Source of the DNA: Tubulanus polymorphus
Taxonomy: Eukaryota > Animalia > Nemertea
Direction: 5' to 3'
Length of the DNA stretch: 64,000 nucleotides
NCBI RefSeq assembly: GCF_964204645.1
Contig: NC_134027.1
Location: 1,054,001 to 1,118,000 of the forward strand
A program made the position numbers and the translations under genes. The notes beneath the pieces were generated by a model. That model had not been told where the DNA came from and did no database searches. It worked only from the letters and a program-made list of their open reading frames with translations. Below, one piece after another: positions 1 to 13,245 of the stretch. The stretch's first letter is position 1. Each line of letters starts with the position of its first letter.

Positions 1-410
1 ACCAATGGAGTGAACTGCAACCAGTGAGGGGGAATTATATCGCAAACCAGTGAGGGGAAAGTATGCACAATCAATGAGATGATTGTTCATAGCTGCAACC
101 AATGGAGTGAACTGTAACCAGTAAGGGAAAGTATGCACAATCAATGAGATGATTGTTTATAGCTGCAACCAATGGAGTGAACTGCAACCAGTGAGGGGGA
201 ATTATATCGCAAACCAGTGAGGGGAAAGTATGCACAATCAATGAGATGATTGTTCATAGCTGCAACCAATGGAGTAAACTGCAACCAGTGAGGGGGAATT
301 ATATCGCAAACCAGTGAGGGGAAAGTATGCACAATCAATGAGATGATTGTTCATAGCTGCAACCAATGAAGTGAACAGCGAACAGTGAGGGGAAAATTTG
401 CACAGTCATT
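1..410. repeat. ~97-bp minisatellite (4+ copies, one shortened to 70 bp), runs off window start
   Basis: The motif accaatgRag recurs at 1, 98, 168, 265 and 362. Confidence 0.9.
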
Positions 411-899
411 TACAAACAAGTGATGGTTAAATACACTTGCAAGCTAACAGATCAGAGATCACAGGAAGCAACATCAATCCAATCCTTATTTCTTGACATA
501 TGATATAAAATGCTCTTCAGCCTGTGACAAAATGTCTTCGATGTAATACGCTTATTAATATATGCTTAACTAGAATCTTCTTTCAAATATTAAATCAAAA
601 GGAGGAGGGACTAATTTAATGTTACAAATGTATGTAAAAAGTGAACGTAATAGTTTTAAACCAAGATTGAATGCATTCATTTTGTTGTATTGAATTAAGT
701 ATGTTCTGATGATAATGATTAAAATCGCCTCTAAAATAGTTTCAATTAAAAAATAAATATTTTAAGTTTGAAAATTTAAAACGTTTTCTTTAAAATGTAA
801 AAATAATTGTTTAAAAAAGAAAATATTCCGGAATGTAATATACAGAAAAAATTAAAATCATAAATATATATATATATATATACACTAATAAAAAAAATG

Positions 900-1142
900 G
901 ATTACTATTTACAAATTTACAATATCTACAAGAAAAATAAAAACTACTATTTACATATTTACAATATTTACAAGAGAAATAAAAACTACTATTTACATAT
1001 TTACAATATTTACAAGAGAGAAATAAAAACTACTATTTACAAATTTACAATATTTACAAGAGAAATAAAAACTACTATTTACAAATTTACAATATTTACA
1101 AGAGAAATAAAAACTACTATCTACATATTTACAATATTTACA

Positions 1143-1143
<1 letters not shown>
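900..1143. repeat. ~40-bp AT-rich tandem repeat
   Basis: Repeated aaaactactatttacaaatttacaatatttacaagagaaat. Confidence 0.85.
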
Positions 1144-1176
<33 letters not shown>

Positions 1177-1505
1177 GAGAGAGAAAGAGAGAGAGAGAGG
1201 AGAGTGTGGAGAGAGAGAGAAGGGAGAGAGAAGGGATGAAGGAGAGCGGTGAGAGGAAGAAAGGAGAGGAGAGAGTTAGTGGGTTAGAGAGAGAGGAAGA
1301 GAGAGTTAGTGGGTTAGAGAAAGAGGGAGAGAGTTAGTGGGTTAGAGAAAGAGGAAGAGAGTTAGTGGGTTAGAGACAAAGGGAAAGAACATAGAGTGGG
1401 AAAGGATAGAGAGAGGAAAAGGATAGAGACAGAGAGGGAAAGGATAGAGACAGAGAGGGAAAGGATAGAGGTAGAAAGGGAAAGGATAGAGGTAGAAAAA
1501 GAAGG
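1143..1505. repeat. GA-rich polypurine low-complexity tract
   Basis: (GA)n plus gagagttagtgggtta and ggaaaggatagag sub-repeats. Confidence 0.85.
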
Positions 1506-1506
1506 G

Positions 1507-1784
1507 GTTAAAAAGAGGCAGTTTAACGTCATACCACAGGACAAATAGATAAAAATCACTGATAAAATGTATGGATAAAACGTATTGTTAAAAAGAGGCA
1601 GTTTAACGTCGTACCACAGGACAAATAGATAAAAATCACTGATAAAATGTATAGATAAAACGTATTGTTAAAAAGAGGCGGTTTAACGTCGTACCACAGG
1701 ACAAATAGATAAAAATCACTGATAAAATGTATGGATAAAATGTATTGTTAAAAAGAGGCAGTTTAACGTTGTACTACAGGACAA
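1507..1784. repeat. 80-bp tandem repeat (~3.5 copies)
   Basis: aaaagaggc at 1511, 1591, 1671 and 1751. Confidence 0.9.
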
Positions 1785-2642
1785 CTTGTAAACAGAGGAA
1801 CACTAGCTATACTACTTATATGTTACTAGGTATTTTAGACAATTCTATAAAATTCTATAATTATTTCAACCTCTGCAATTTTAATTCTACAAGTCATCTT
1901 TGAAAACGTTTATATGAGATAAACTAACAAAACATAACGTAGCATTGAATTAATATTAATGTAATCAGGAGCTGTAAATCTGAATTTAACCATCATCCAT
2001 AAATGAGGAGGCGGGACTAATGCAATGAAATAATATCAATGCTTCAATCTTATAGGTTAAAATCTTGTTAAAACAATAGATGCAACAAGTGATATCAGCA
2101 TCAAACTAAGATTGAATGCATTCATTCTGTTGTTTTGAATATTAAAATTATTCGATAGAATTAAAAATATTAATTATCAATTAAATCTATATCAAAATTT
2201 GCACTAAAATAGTTCGATTTGATGTATAGATATTATGAAGTTTAGAAAATTAAAAAGATTTTTAAAAGATTATATTTGAAATAATCATTAAAATCCAAAG
2301 TTTGACAGATATCTAAAAAATATAAACAAATAGAACTCAAAATCAATGAAAAATCTAAAGAGAAATATTATATATACAAATAAAAAGCTAATCAAAAAGT
2401 TACAATACGTACAAGTATAGTGTTAGCACAGATAAAATGTGTCGATCATTTTGATGAAATATCATATATATGTCAATCATAATGGGAACCCAAGTGATTT
2501 CAGATTGGAATAACTGGGCCAGGCCAATCACTCACTCGATGATCACCAATTACTGGTACTACACAACCACAGAAAGAGTGGTTTTTACCGCGCGGTATAT
2601 TAGGCCAGGTGCACCTCCCAATAATAATGCCGCCTATTATGT

Positions 2643-3049
2643 TTAGCTTTTTGTGTGTTGATATGTACATCGATACATCCTCAATCACCAGGGTTTTATT
2701 GTCGCCCACCGGTACTCACGCTTACACAAACCCTGGTTACAAACCCTTCATTGGTCTCTGACATTGTCCAAGATATCTCGGGTCGACAGGTTGCTGCTAA
2801 GCGGCCACCAGTCTTTATATCTAGTCAATCAGATGTGTAGCGAATCTGCCGGCGAAAAACAAGGCATCTGATTGACTAGATATAAAGACTGGTGGCCGCT
2901 CAGTGGTAACCAGTCTACCCAAGAAATCTTGAGCAATGTAATAGACCAGTGAAGAGTTGGCAGCCGGGGTTTATGTTGGCATGAGCTTCGGCAGACGACA
3001 ATTAAAACCTGGCAAGTGAGGATGATATTGATATTGAATGAAAAAGCTG
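2643..3049. repeat. Long imperfect inverted repeat (fold-back)
   Basis: 2800-2835 is the exact reverse complement of 2865-2900; diverged complementarity extends ~190 bp per arm. Confidence 0.85.
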
Positions 3050-3326
3050 CATGAAATGTGTACGAGAACCTTGAAAGCCGTGAAAAAAGATAAAAACAAG
3101 GGTTGCAGGAACACCATGCCCTAGATCCTTAAGATTAAGCTAACATTAAAGATTATATATCAATGACTTGAGAGTTAATTCATTACTAATTAATCTAATT
3201 AAGACAGTGCAAGTTCATCTAACGATAAAAATTAAATCATCTATTCTATAACTCCTGATGTAATTATCAATAACAAGAAAACAGGGGGTAATTAAAACTG
3301 GTGTTAACGCTAAAATATTTTAAACA

Positions 3327-3947
3327 TTCATTGTTTTAATGATGATCCTGAGAGTGATTTCAACACTGATGAATTTACCCTCAGTTCATTCATTGTTTTA
3401 ATGATGATCCTGAGAGTGATTTCAACAATGATGAATTTACCCTCAGTTCATTCATTGTTTTAATGATGATCCTGAGAGTGATTTCAACAATGATGAATTT
3501 ACCCTCAGTTCATTCATTGTTTTAATGATGATCCCGAGAGTGATTTCAACAATGATGAATTTACCCTCAGTTCATTCATTGTTTTAATGATGATCCCGAG
3601 AGTGATTTCAACAATGATGAATTTACCCTCAGTTCATTCATTGTTTTAATGATGATCCCGAGAGTGATTTCAACAATGATGAATTTACCCTCAGTTCATT
3701 CATTGTTTTAATGATGATCCCGAGAGTGATTTCAACACTGATGAATTTACCCTCAGTTCATTCATTGTTTTAATGATGATCCTGAGAGTGATTTCAACAA
3801 TGATGAATTTACCCTCAGTTCATTCATTGTATTAATGATGATCCTGAGAGTAATTTCAACAATGATGAATTTACCCTCAGTTCATTCATTGTTTTAATGA
3901 TGATCCTGAGAGTAATTTCAACAATGATGAATTTACCCTCAGTTCAT
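3327..3947. repeat. 62-bp tandem array, 10 copies
   Basis: Unit ttcattgttttaatgatgatcctgagagtgatttcaacaatgatgaatttaccctcagttca, period 62. Confidence 0.95.
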
Positions 3948-5399
3948 CACATTCTAAGATGTTACTATTTTATTCAGTGAAAATCTCTGAACTGCATAAA
4001 ATAATGAGATCTTAAACGGGATTATTGATTAATAACCTGAGTGTAACTTATCATATCATAAGATAAATTGACGCTCAGTTTATCAGAGTTTTATACGTAC
4101 TTTAAGTTAATATCAATAGTTAAGACTTGTTCAACTTGACCTACGCGAACTTAAACTTAAACTAAACTAGAGTTAAATCAACTGGAACAAATTAAATATA
4201 AAACAGCGAAAATTAATAAAATGACTTCACAAAAACCAACTAATCTAAACTAAGGCTAACTTAACACTAGTGATTAATTATAAACGTGTCATGCTCACAA
4301 TTTAACAAATCCCAGTTCAACAGTTGTGCAATTGTATGTATTTAAATTCTTGTATCCAAATCAAACTGTGGAACTGAGTACGGTTTTGTATGTAACGAAA
4401 TAAATAAAATAAAAAAATCCAAGTGTATTTTTCATATGATGTTTTCAGCGACATATTTTGTTATGATGACAACAAATTAGCTTTGATTTATTTCATTTCT
4501 AAAAATACTATAGATTATCATTACGTTCAAAGACAAGTTTTGAAATAGCCGAGATGACGTCCAATAAAAATAATAACATGACTGCAAGCATTTAGGCTAG
4601 AGGAAGTTCTAATTCAAAGATAGCATTGGACTTTACTACTATTTCTATATTGTGCAGGAAAATAAAGTTTGTCGTTACTGTTTGTACTACAAGTGGTTAT
4701 ATTATTATATTTATCTGATGTCATTGAACTAATAATCTGACACGCCACCTAGTAGTGATTTTGTGAATCTACGCTTCAATAATCTATGTCAATTTCATAT
4801 GTCGAGATGCTGAAAATATCATATGAAAAATACACTTGGACCGGTTTTTTTTATTTATCGCATTCCATTATTGTGAAACGCCGACTGAAAATGAGTGGAT
4901 TTTCTGTAGCTAATAGAAAATTGAAAAAAAGCTATAAGAAAAAAGGTAAAGAAAGTATGAGAAAAAGTTCTCAATCACATTTCATATTTACTAAGCCTAT
5001 ATCAACTACCAGTAAAAGCTCTTTATGCGCGCGCTATATACAACATGGGCCTTTTATATAACCACTATTTATATCTGTGTTGTGGACCACGTAATTGTGT
5101 CAAAGAGTATTCGGTGATAAAACCTGGACCTTCAGTTATTCCATTCTCATGAAATCACTGGGGTTCGAATATATACAGTGATTGTCAAATATAAAATATC
5201 TCATCAAATTGATCTTTTAGTTAGTATTGAAATACAAATAAATCATTGTTCTAAAAGGAATATATACAAATAAAATAGTTTTTAAATATAAACAAATAAA
5301 ATAGTTTTTAAATATAAACAAAAAAAATTTTTTAATATATACAAATGAAATAGTTTAAAAAGATACTTTGAGATAAAATATATACAAATGAAATAGTAT

Positions 5400-5800
5400 A
5401 AAATTCAGATTAGATAGTTTTTAGATATCATAGGTATTTTAAAATTCAGATATAAAATAGTTTCTTTAATAGATTAAAATACAGATAAAATAGTTTTTAG
5501 ATATCATAGGTATTTTAAAATTCAGATATAAAATAGTTTCTTTAATAGATTAAAATTCAGATAAAACAGTTTTTAGATATCACAGGTATTTTTGAATTCA
5601 GATATAAAATAGTTTCTTTAATAGATTAAAATTCAGATAAAACAGTTTTTAGATATCATAGGTATTTTAAAATTCAGATATAAAATAGTTTCTTTAATAG
5701 ATTAAAATTCAGATAAAACAGTTTTTAGATATCACAGGTATTTTTAAATTCAGATATAAAATAGTTTTTTCAATCTTTTTAAAATTGAGATAAAATAGTT
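5400..5800. repeat. 76-bp AT-rich tandem repeat
   Basis: gatatcaYaggtatttt recurs with period 76 (5431, 5507, 5583, 5659, ...). Confidence 0.85.
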
Positions 5801-6859
5801 TTACATATTATGGATACTTTAAAATTGAGATAATTTAAAATACTTTCTAGAATTGTCTTAAAAATACAGGTAAAATAGTTTTTAGAGTGTTATCAGAATT
5901 ACTAGTTTAGAAGTATCAATGAAATGTTTGCAGATATGAATAATTCATAATTTATACCAATGAAATAGATTTAGATGGATCACCTTGATCAATCACAATA
6001 TCGAACCAAAACATCATTGAAAGAATCCAATAATAGCGATAATAATTCACATAAAATATGATTTTGGGCAATAGTAAAAAAAGAAACCAGGAAAATAATT
6101 AATGATATTTCGCAGATATTCAAAAACCGTAATTAATTTTGAGAACTGGACTGAAATCTTCAACAAGAGATATATTAGGAAAAATTCAAACTTTTGGAAA
6201 GTTAAGATTGGGAAACTCGTAGTAAATTGGAGTTTCAATTGAAATTGGGAAATAGGAAATTTGTAGTAAATTGGAATTTCAGCACTGAAGGACTCAAAGT
6301 TTGGGAATTTTGTTCTATCTTGGAACATGAGAAACTGGAACCACAAAAATACAACAAACTGTTCGACATGAGCAGTATGACTGAATCTCAGTCAGTAGAA
6401 ATCTATTGATGATGCTGGTTTTAGTTTGGATTTTGTGACCTCTTCACAACAATAACTGCAAAGTGGCTGAACTACAAATAGCCTCTTTTCATGTAATCAA
6501 TTAGTAGGTTATATCACATACTTTGATACAACTTATGCCATTTTTGGGGACCAAGGAAGCACCTGAGAACCTGATCTGATTAACTGCTATATGAGTAATC
6601 GACCTCTTGAAAACAACTTCAGCGTAGATTTCTTAAATCTATTGATAATTCACTCTCAACAGCCATTTATCTGACGTGTGTTTTATGCATTGCTCGCCTA
6701 AATGGAAACAATTCCACGCTCTATCAACCATATTTCAATTGCTAAACGCAATTCCTGCAAGTTAGACCCCAATCGAGGACTATGAGTTACTTTATCAGAG
6801 CGGAGTATATTACTGAGTTGCTCGATTGTTATGAACTTAACAATTTTCCTTTTAGACCA

Positions 6860-7045
6860 TCTCCTCTATCATATCTCTCTAAACTCCTCTATCATATCTC
6901 TCTCATATCTCTCTAAACTCCTCTATCATATCTCTCTAAACTCCTCTATCATATCTCCATAAACTCCTCTCTCATATCTCCATAAACTCCTCTCTCATAC
7001 CTCCTTGAACCTCCTCTCTCATATATCAGACCTCCTCTCTCATAT
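6860..7045. repeat. ~23-bp pyrimidine-rich minisatellite
   Basis: Repeated ctcctctatcatatctctctaaa-type units. Confidence 0.8.
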
Positions 7046-7896
7046 GCCTTATTGATTTCAACAAGAGATTAATGAAGACTATCTATTAACAAGAATGTTG
7101 AACTCAACCGGGAACCCTTGATCCTGGTGATCGTTAGAATCAGTAGAGATCAATATCAATCCATAAAACCTGATCACTGATGTGATAACAACAAACTTTC
7201 CAATCCAGGATCTTTATTTTATACTTTCTTCATCAGCAATTCTCAATCATTGCATTGTTGCAGATTTTTGCATTTTTCTATTTTATCCTATGTTCAATTA
7301 TGAACTCATAAATTCATGCATTGATCACCGATCCAGATGGTGATGGTTTCACACACAAGAAATGAAATGAAATTGATTACCGTAGTCTTTGCTGTGGTTT
7401 CCTTTCTTGTGCAATATTTTATCCAGACAATCTCACGTATATAAATATATATCCCTTTTCCTTATGAGTAAACATTCTAAATCCCTCCGATCACATGTGA
7501 AGGATTTCCCTCCGTTGTTGAGCATTAGATATTAACATTTCAATCATTCAAGTTTTCGTTTCATATCAAATTAATCTTTAATTCTGTAATTAGAAAAAAG
7601 AAAGAAAGTATGTTAATAACGATATAATGGTTTTACACTTGACGTATGAACGTCATAGTATTTGGTGGAGCGGGCAACATGGAACATTGAACAATCTGTT
7701 TCAATGAAATTTCCTAAGGAATCGCATTATGTGAAGCATAGCTGTTCATTCTCCACGTTATTTTCAGCTTCATAAGGAAATGCATTATGTATGAAACATA
7801 GCTATTCCTTCTCCATGTTTCAATAAAGTTCAATAAAGAATCACATAACAGATCCTTTTGATTTGAAAAATCCACTTTTTTCAAACTCCATAGGAG

Positions 7897-8943
7897 TTAT
7901 TGTAGGAATTGATTCCCTGCATATCTCGAAAAGAGATTTACAATGATGACTCCTAAGAAGGCTACTGCCACAATCAGGTGGCTCTCCTCCTCAAAATTTG
8001 GTTGGGGAGGTGGGGGAGGACGAGCTGCACATTTGCCTTGTTTTTCTTTTATTTCGGACGCCCCGAACCTACTGCGTAATTTATATTTTGATTTGTATTT
8101 CGAAGTGAAGGCGTCTGAAGCTACGGTGCCAACCTCCTGCTCCACATTTACGGGAGAAGCAGGGTCCACCTCCTGCAAAGGAACCAACTCAAAAGGTGGA
8201 ACGATTTCTGGAGGAGTTGGTTCCTTAGGCGCGCAGATAGATGCTAACCTTTTATAAGTATCTCGTAATGCTGGAAGTGCTCTGCGGGCTGCTTCAGACT
8301 GGTCATTTTGGATGTTTTCAATGATGTCTAAATCTGGAATGAAAAAAAAAAACATTAAGGATCATGCATATTACACATAAATGACATAATGACATGTTCG
8401 CATATAATTATCGTATTTCTAGATATTAACCTATAAAATGATGCAGTTATCCAATAGGTGAATGTGACGTGATGGAAGAATGAACAAAGTTATTTTGTGA
8501 GAAGTGATCATGTCACTGGTTGTACGATATGGTTGTACGACTAACGCTGTTGTAACTACACTTTTTACCGCTCTCATAATTTGCATCATCCATTACATAA
8601 TAAGGATAAGTCGACAGTATATCATCAGTGAGGCTGATAATTGAATCTTTCAATACAATTTTTAATAATGGTATTTTTATGTCTTATATACTTATATGTT
8701 TCAGAACCAACGCCGTATGTGGACGGGTACTTTGCTAGTTGCTGGCGACTAACACTTTTGTTAATTCATTACTGGAACTACTGATTGTAATAAATTACAT
8801 CCTACAATTACCGACAATCAATTTTGGTAGCAAATCATGAATCAAAAATACACTTGATTTTTGTCTGGGGGGTGATGACGTACCAGGTTCCAGGTGACAA
8901 AAACTATACATTATAATGAATAATCAATGGAATTGTTACCCAT
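7897..8943 (-). CDS. Orphan protein (~146 aa) with Pro-rich segment and C-terminal hydrophobic helix (putative tail-anchored membrane protein)
   Basis: Large exon 8333-7897 follows a strong acceptor (ttttttttttcattccag). A candidate small exon 8961-8940 ends GTCATGG|gtaaca and supplies ATG+G in the matching phase (MDLDIIEN...). C-terminal LIVAVAFLGVIIVNLF. No family recognised. Confidence 0.55.
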
Positions 8944-9859
8944 GACCCTTGTTTTCAAAATCTGGGAACCTCTTTGGAATAACACGCATGATAACTTTTC
9001 ATTTATCAACCAATTGAAATGGATACTTTGCAACGATAAAAGATCTAATTTAACACAGATGTCGCGCTGTAAACAAAAAATTGATCGATAATCCCTTTTA
9101 TTCAGTAATTACTTTTCAATTGGAGGAGTGAAAAATTTGTCCACACTTCAGAAATCTATTCAATTATTTTGTAGAACACTTTTTGATTGCATACAGGGCC
9201 ACACTCCATCCACGATAAGTGGGAGAATTTGCATTTTATTTCCTATGAACATGAGGCAAGTGTGTATAACATATTATATTTTGTCAAAAATGAAGATAAA
9301 ATTATGACTGATTTTTTAATATTTTATTGTTTAAACTATTTACAGCATGAATTAAAACCGAAAAACGACATAAATAATTTCACTTCGCTGAATCTAAAAC
9401 CAGTAAAAACCATTTCACACAACACTGCCCGCTACTGCACCTTCAGAAACAACACTCACTACAAATAAAAAACATTCATTTTGAAGAACAATATTTCACT
9501 ATCAACACAAATGGCTGTAATTCATTCATTGTCAGCAATAGGCCTATCGGTACTCCACATATTCATTACATAACTTACCTAGAATGTATAATTCATCTTA
9601 CACCAACGATTGATTTATTCAGATCAACAAAATTCCATGCACAGCCATTTTAAAGTGGTATTCAGACTCCGCCTAATAGGCTACAGTTTGGCACCTTTAT
9701 TTTCATACCTAATTAGGCAGTTACCGGTTTTTAAGAATTGCAAAAATATGAATCTATATATCCAAACATGAGCGTTGGATTTGGTTCAGAAATATTGAAA
9801 ACATTCGTACACAATAGAATGGAAAAGATAAAAGCGTTAACAAATGTTTCTGATTGGAA

Positions 9860-10405
9860 TTCGCAGTCCAAAGGAGACTACCATGGCTGCTGGTTGTTAA
9901 TGTCACTCGCAGTCCGAAGGAGACTATCATGGCTGCTGGTTGTTAATGTCACTCGCAGTCCAAAGGAAACCATCATGGCTGCTTGTAGTTAATGTCACTC
10001 GCAGTCCAAAGGAAACCTTCATGGCTGCTCATAGTTAACATCACTCGCAGGGTAAAAGGAAACCATCATGGCTGCTGGTAGTTAATGTCACTCGCAGTCC
10101 AAAGGAGACTATCCTGGCTGCTGGTAGTTAATGTCACTCGCAGTCCAAAGGAGACTATCCTGGCTGCTGGTAGTTAATGTCACTCGCAGTCCAAAGGAGA
10201 CTATCATGGCTGCTGGTTGTTCATGTCACTCGCAGTCCAAATGAAACCATCATGGCTGCTCATAGTTAACATCACTCGCAGGGTAAAAGGAAACCATCAT
10301 GGCGTAAGGATGATTGAAACTGAACCAGTGATGTTGCAGACGATTCATTGATGAATACGTGTCATGGCGGCTGGTAGTTAATGTCACTCGCAGTCCAGAA
10401 GGAAA
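9860..10405. repeat. 46-bp minisatellite (~10 copies, interrupted near 10305-10360)
   Basis: Repeated aatgtcactcgcagtccaaaggagactatcatggctgctggtagtt. Confidence 0.9.
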
Positions 10406-11109
10406 CAAGGAATCTTGGGCGTTTGTAAAAACTCACAGATACACCATTGAAGAATTCTATGGCAGCTGGGTGTTATTATAGCAACAAATGTACAGACGGG
10501 ACACAGACGGGATGATCTGCTCAGCTAAAGTAAGAACCACGTCCTGCGGAAGGTCACAACTAAAGTGACTCAGTACGAGGCGCCAACCATTGACCGTAAT
10601 AATGAATCCGTTAGAAATAAATCGTGTGTAAACTCTATTTACCGCAAGGCCGCAATATCTAGGATTCGCCAACAATTAGACGATGAAGATTCGGACTATG
10701 AGCCGAGCTAGTGAACAACATTCCTATCAAACATCATATCTGTAGTTTAGATCTAGTATAAGCATTGAGTGGGTGCGGCTTGAGACTAGTTCGCAGATAA
10801 GCTCATGATAACAGTCGCGAGATATACCTCCTTCCTGCCATGATCTCGGGATCTCAAACTGTTGTGAGCAACTACCTAGAGATACGAAGAACGAAGTTTA
10901 ACCAATAAATTAAAAAAGTGATCCTGAATTTCCTGACGATTGATCAATGATTAATAAAGAGAAAATCACATGTTGTCAGATCCTGGAGTCGCAGAGAAAA
11001 ACGAAAGTACCGTAAATACTAGTGCTACTTTTTAGCGGTATTTAAAAAGTTGGTCCCATAATGTGACGGGTATCTGGATACGGACTAAACAGCTGTCTGG
11101 TTCCTGAAC

Positions 11110-11310
11110 AGCAGTCTAAACTGCAGTCCAGTTATTGACTAAACTATCGACAAAACCGCAGTCCAGTTATTGACTAAACGATGGACTACAGCGCAGTCCA
11201 GTTATTGACTAAAATATGGACTACACCGCAGTCCAGTTACTGATTAAAATATGGACTAAACTGTAGTCTGCTTACTGACTAAATGGACTGAACCGCGCAG
11301 TCCAATTACT
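11110..11310. repeat. ~36-bp degenerate tandem repeat with internal agtcca/tggact inverted motif
   Basis: Repeated gcagtccagttattgactaaa...tggactac. Confidence 0.8.
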
Positions 11311-12036
11311 TGATTTATTAATTATAAATCAGGATTTTCCATCAAGTGCATTGGTCTGGAGGCCTAGACAGTTTAAACTGTTTATGTTGTAACTTATCTC
11401 TATTGACTGGATACAGCATTGCATATGAAAAAACATGATGAATATTTCACAATTTCGACGATATTTGAAAACCAGAAACCAGGAAATGAAGTTACTTCCT
11501 CAAGTTCATTCTCATCCACCAAAGCCTCTACTCACTATTCAATTCAATTCAAACTTTATTCACCATTAGAATTATTAGCAAATTAAATTGAGTTTAAGTT
11601 GAGTAATTTAGAATAGAATAAAAGACTAGAAACATAAAATGATATTTTCAAAATAAATTGAAATGAAATCAGTGTGAGACATAAATTGTGTTTTCCGAAA
11701 TTAAAAAGAGGATTGAAATAAATTGACATTTGATGATAGAAGATTGAGACAATTTGAAATTTAGTATCCAATAATGCGGCGATTTGAGAAAAAATAAATG
11801 TGAATTTAAAATCAAATAATTTCAGATGTTGGAAATCAAATAATTTTAGATGCTTGTCACTAAAAATAATCGAGAATTTGATGAAGTAGAGTTTGTACTT
11901 ACTCAAATCACAAAACGCGCCGAGGGATAAAGGATTGAGTGTCAGGACCTCAGCGCGCACCAAGTTCAAAAGTCCCAAAAACATTTTTGTTGACATGGTG
12001 TTGATATTCAAAGTTGAATTTCCAATGTAGTTTTAC

Positions 12037-12195
12037 TGCTGCTGTCTCTTAGTTGGTCTGCTGCTGTCTCGTAGTTGGTCTGCTGCTGTCTCGTAGTTGG
12101 TCTGCTGCTGTCTCGTAGTTGGTCTGCTACTGTCTCGTAGTTGGTCTGCTGCTGTCTCGTAGTTGGTCTGCTGCTGTCTCGTAGTTGGTCTGCTG
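12037..12195. repeat. 22-bp minisatellite (~7 copies)
   Basis: Repeated gctgctgtctcgtagttggtct. Confidence 0.9.
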
Positions 12196-12821
12196 TGCTG
12201 CTGCAATGTAAAAACAATGATATACAAATCAAGAAAATCGAAAATTATTGATTCTAAGAAATAGCTAACTCGAGTTTCTATTAAATAATAATAATAATTA
12301 ACATTAAATTATAGGGTATCATTATTTTCTAAATATTAAATATAGAAGCCACCAGAATTAAGTTGAACGACGCTTCGAACGAAGGTTTCTATGGATTCGA
12401 GTCATGGTTGAATAGACTGAGCTGTCTGTGTATTACACCTAGGCATGTCAACTAGCCGCTTTAGCGGTAGACTTGAACAGCAGAAAAACTGGTTCCGAAA
12501 ACTTGATTAACGGATTTAATAAATGTCCTCAATAAAATCGCAATAGCGTCCTCGTTATTACCAGAGCGAAATTGAAAATCAAATGTTGTAATTTACTTCT
12601 AAATAAAAACACAATTTGGACAATTTTGAGCAAAAAGAACGTCACAATGGAAATGTCATAATTAAACACCTATATAATATAATCCGAACTTTCGGAACTT
12701 TGAAAATTGTCTTACATAAAACCGTATGCGAAACCTAAGGTCTATGTATACAATTTACAAGCAAGATTAATAAATAAATTTCATCGAAAGAAATAAAATA
12801 AAATGGATGACGTTTGCTTAC

Positions 12822-12917
12822 CTGAAAAATGGCCGAACTGGAAGGAGGGATCAGCTGACCTGAGTTTTTATACTGACATTGTGACGTCACTGATCCTGAC
12901 CAATGAAAAGTACCAAT
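12822..12917 (-). promoter_or_regulatory. Pol II core promoter and short first non-coding exon, probably of the 7.9-kb orphan gene
   Basis: On the minus strand: two CCAAT motifs (12900, 12913), CRE TGACGTCA (12882-12889), TATAAAA (12872-12866), Inr-like CCAGTT ~33 nt downstream, then donor CAG|gtaagc at 12821. Confidence 0.6.
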
Positions 12918-13172
12918 ATTACCGCCAAGTTTAGAAAATAATTTTCTGATGGGATTCGAACCTGATCAACGCCACAAAAAAGTCCATTTTGTTCGAATTC
13001 ACGCAAATTCAATTAATATCACACTGGTGTGTCCTCAGTTTACCCCAGTTATCTGTTTAATTTAATCCGTTTGACAAAATGTTTAAGATGCATTCTGAAA
13101 ATCGATTTTAAGTAAACTGAACACATACGAAATCACATACGAGACAAACTGACACACCCGAGTTATTACCAC

Positions 13173-13245
13173 AGATCTATGGTCTAGTGGTTAGAATTCC
13201 CGCCTGGTAAACCGGAGACCGCAGTTTCGAGTCCTGCCGGCACAC
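13173..13245 (+). pseudogene. tRNA-derived SINE head or pseudo-tRNA
   Basis: A box TGGTCTAGTGG and T-arm/B box gcagtTTCGAGTcctgc are present, but the acceptor and anticodon stems do not pair. Confidence 0.55.

Noticed and set aside
897-1337. 146-aa ORF
   Set aside because: Translation of a tandem repeat and a GA tract.
3327-3947. CRISPR-like array
   Set aside because: Units are contiguous with no unique spacers, there are no cas genes and the context is eukaryotic. The same applies to the 46-, 28- and 22-bp arrays.
7140-7236. C/D box snoRNA on the minus strand (CUGAUGA...CUGA)
   Set aside because: Imperfect box C, no convincing terminal stem and no recognisable rRNA guide.
12008-12232. Gln/Thr-rich ORFs
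   Set aside because: Translations of the 22-bp minisatellite.
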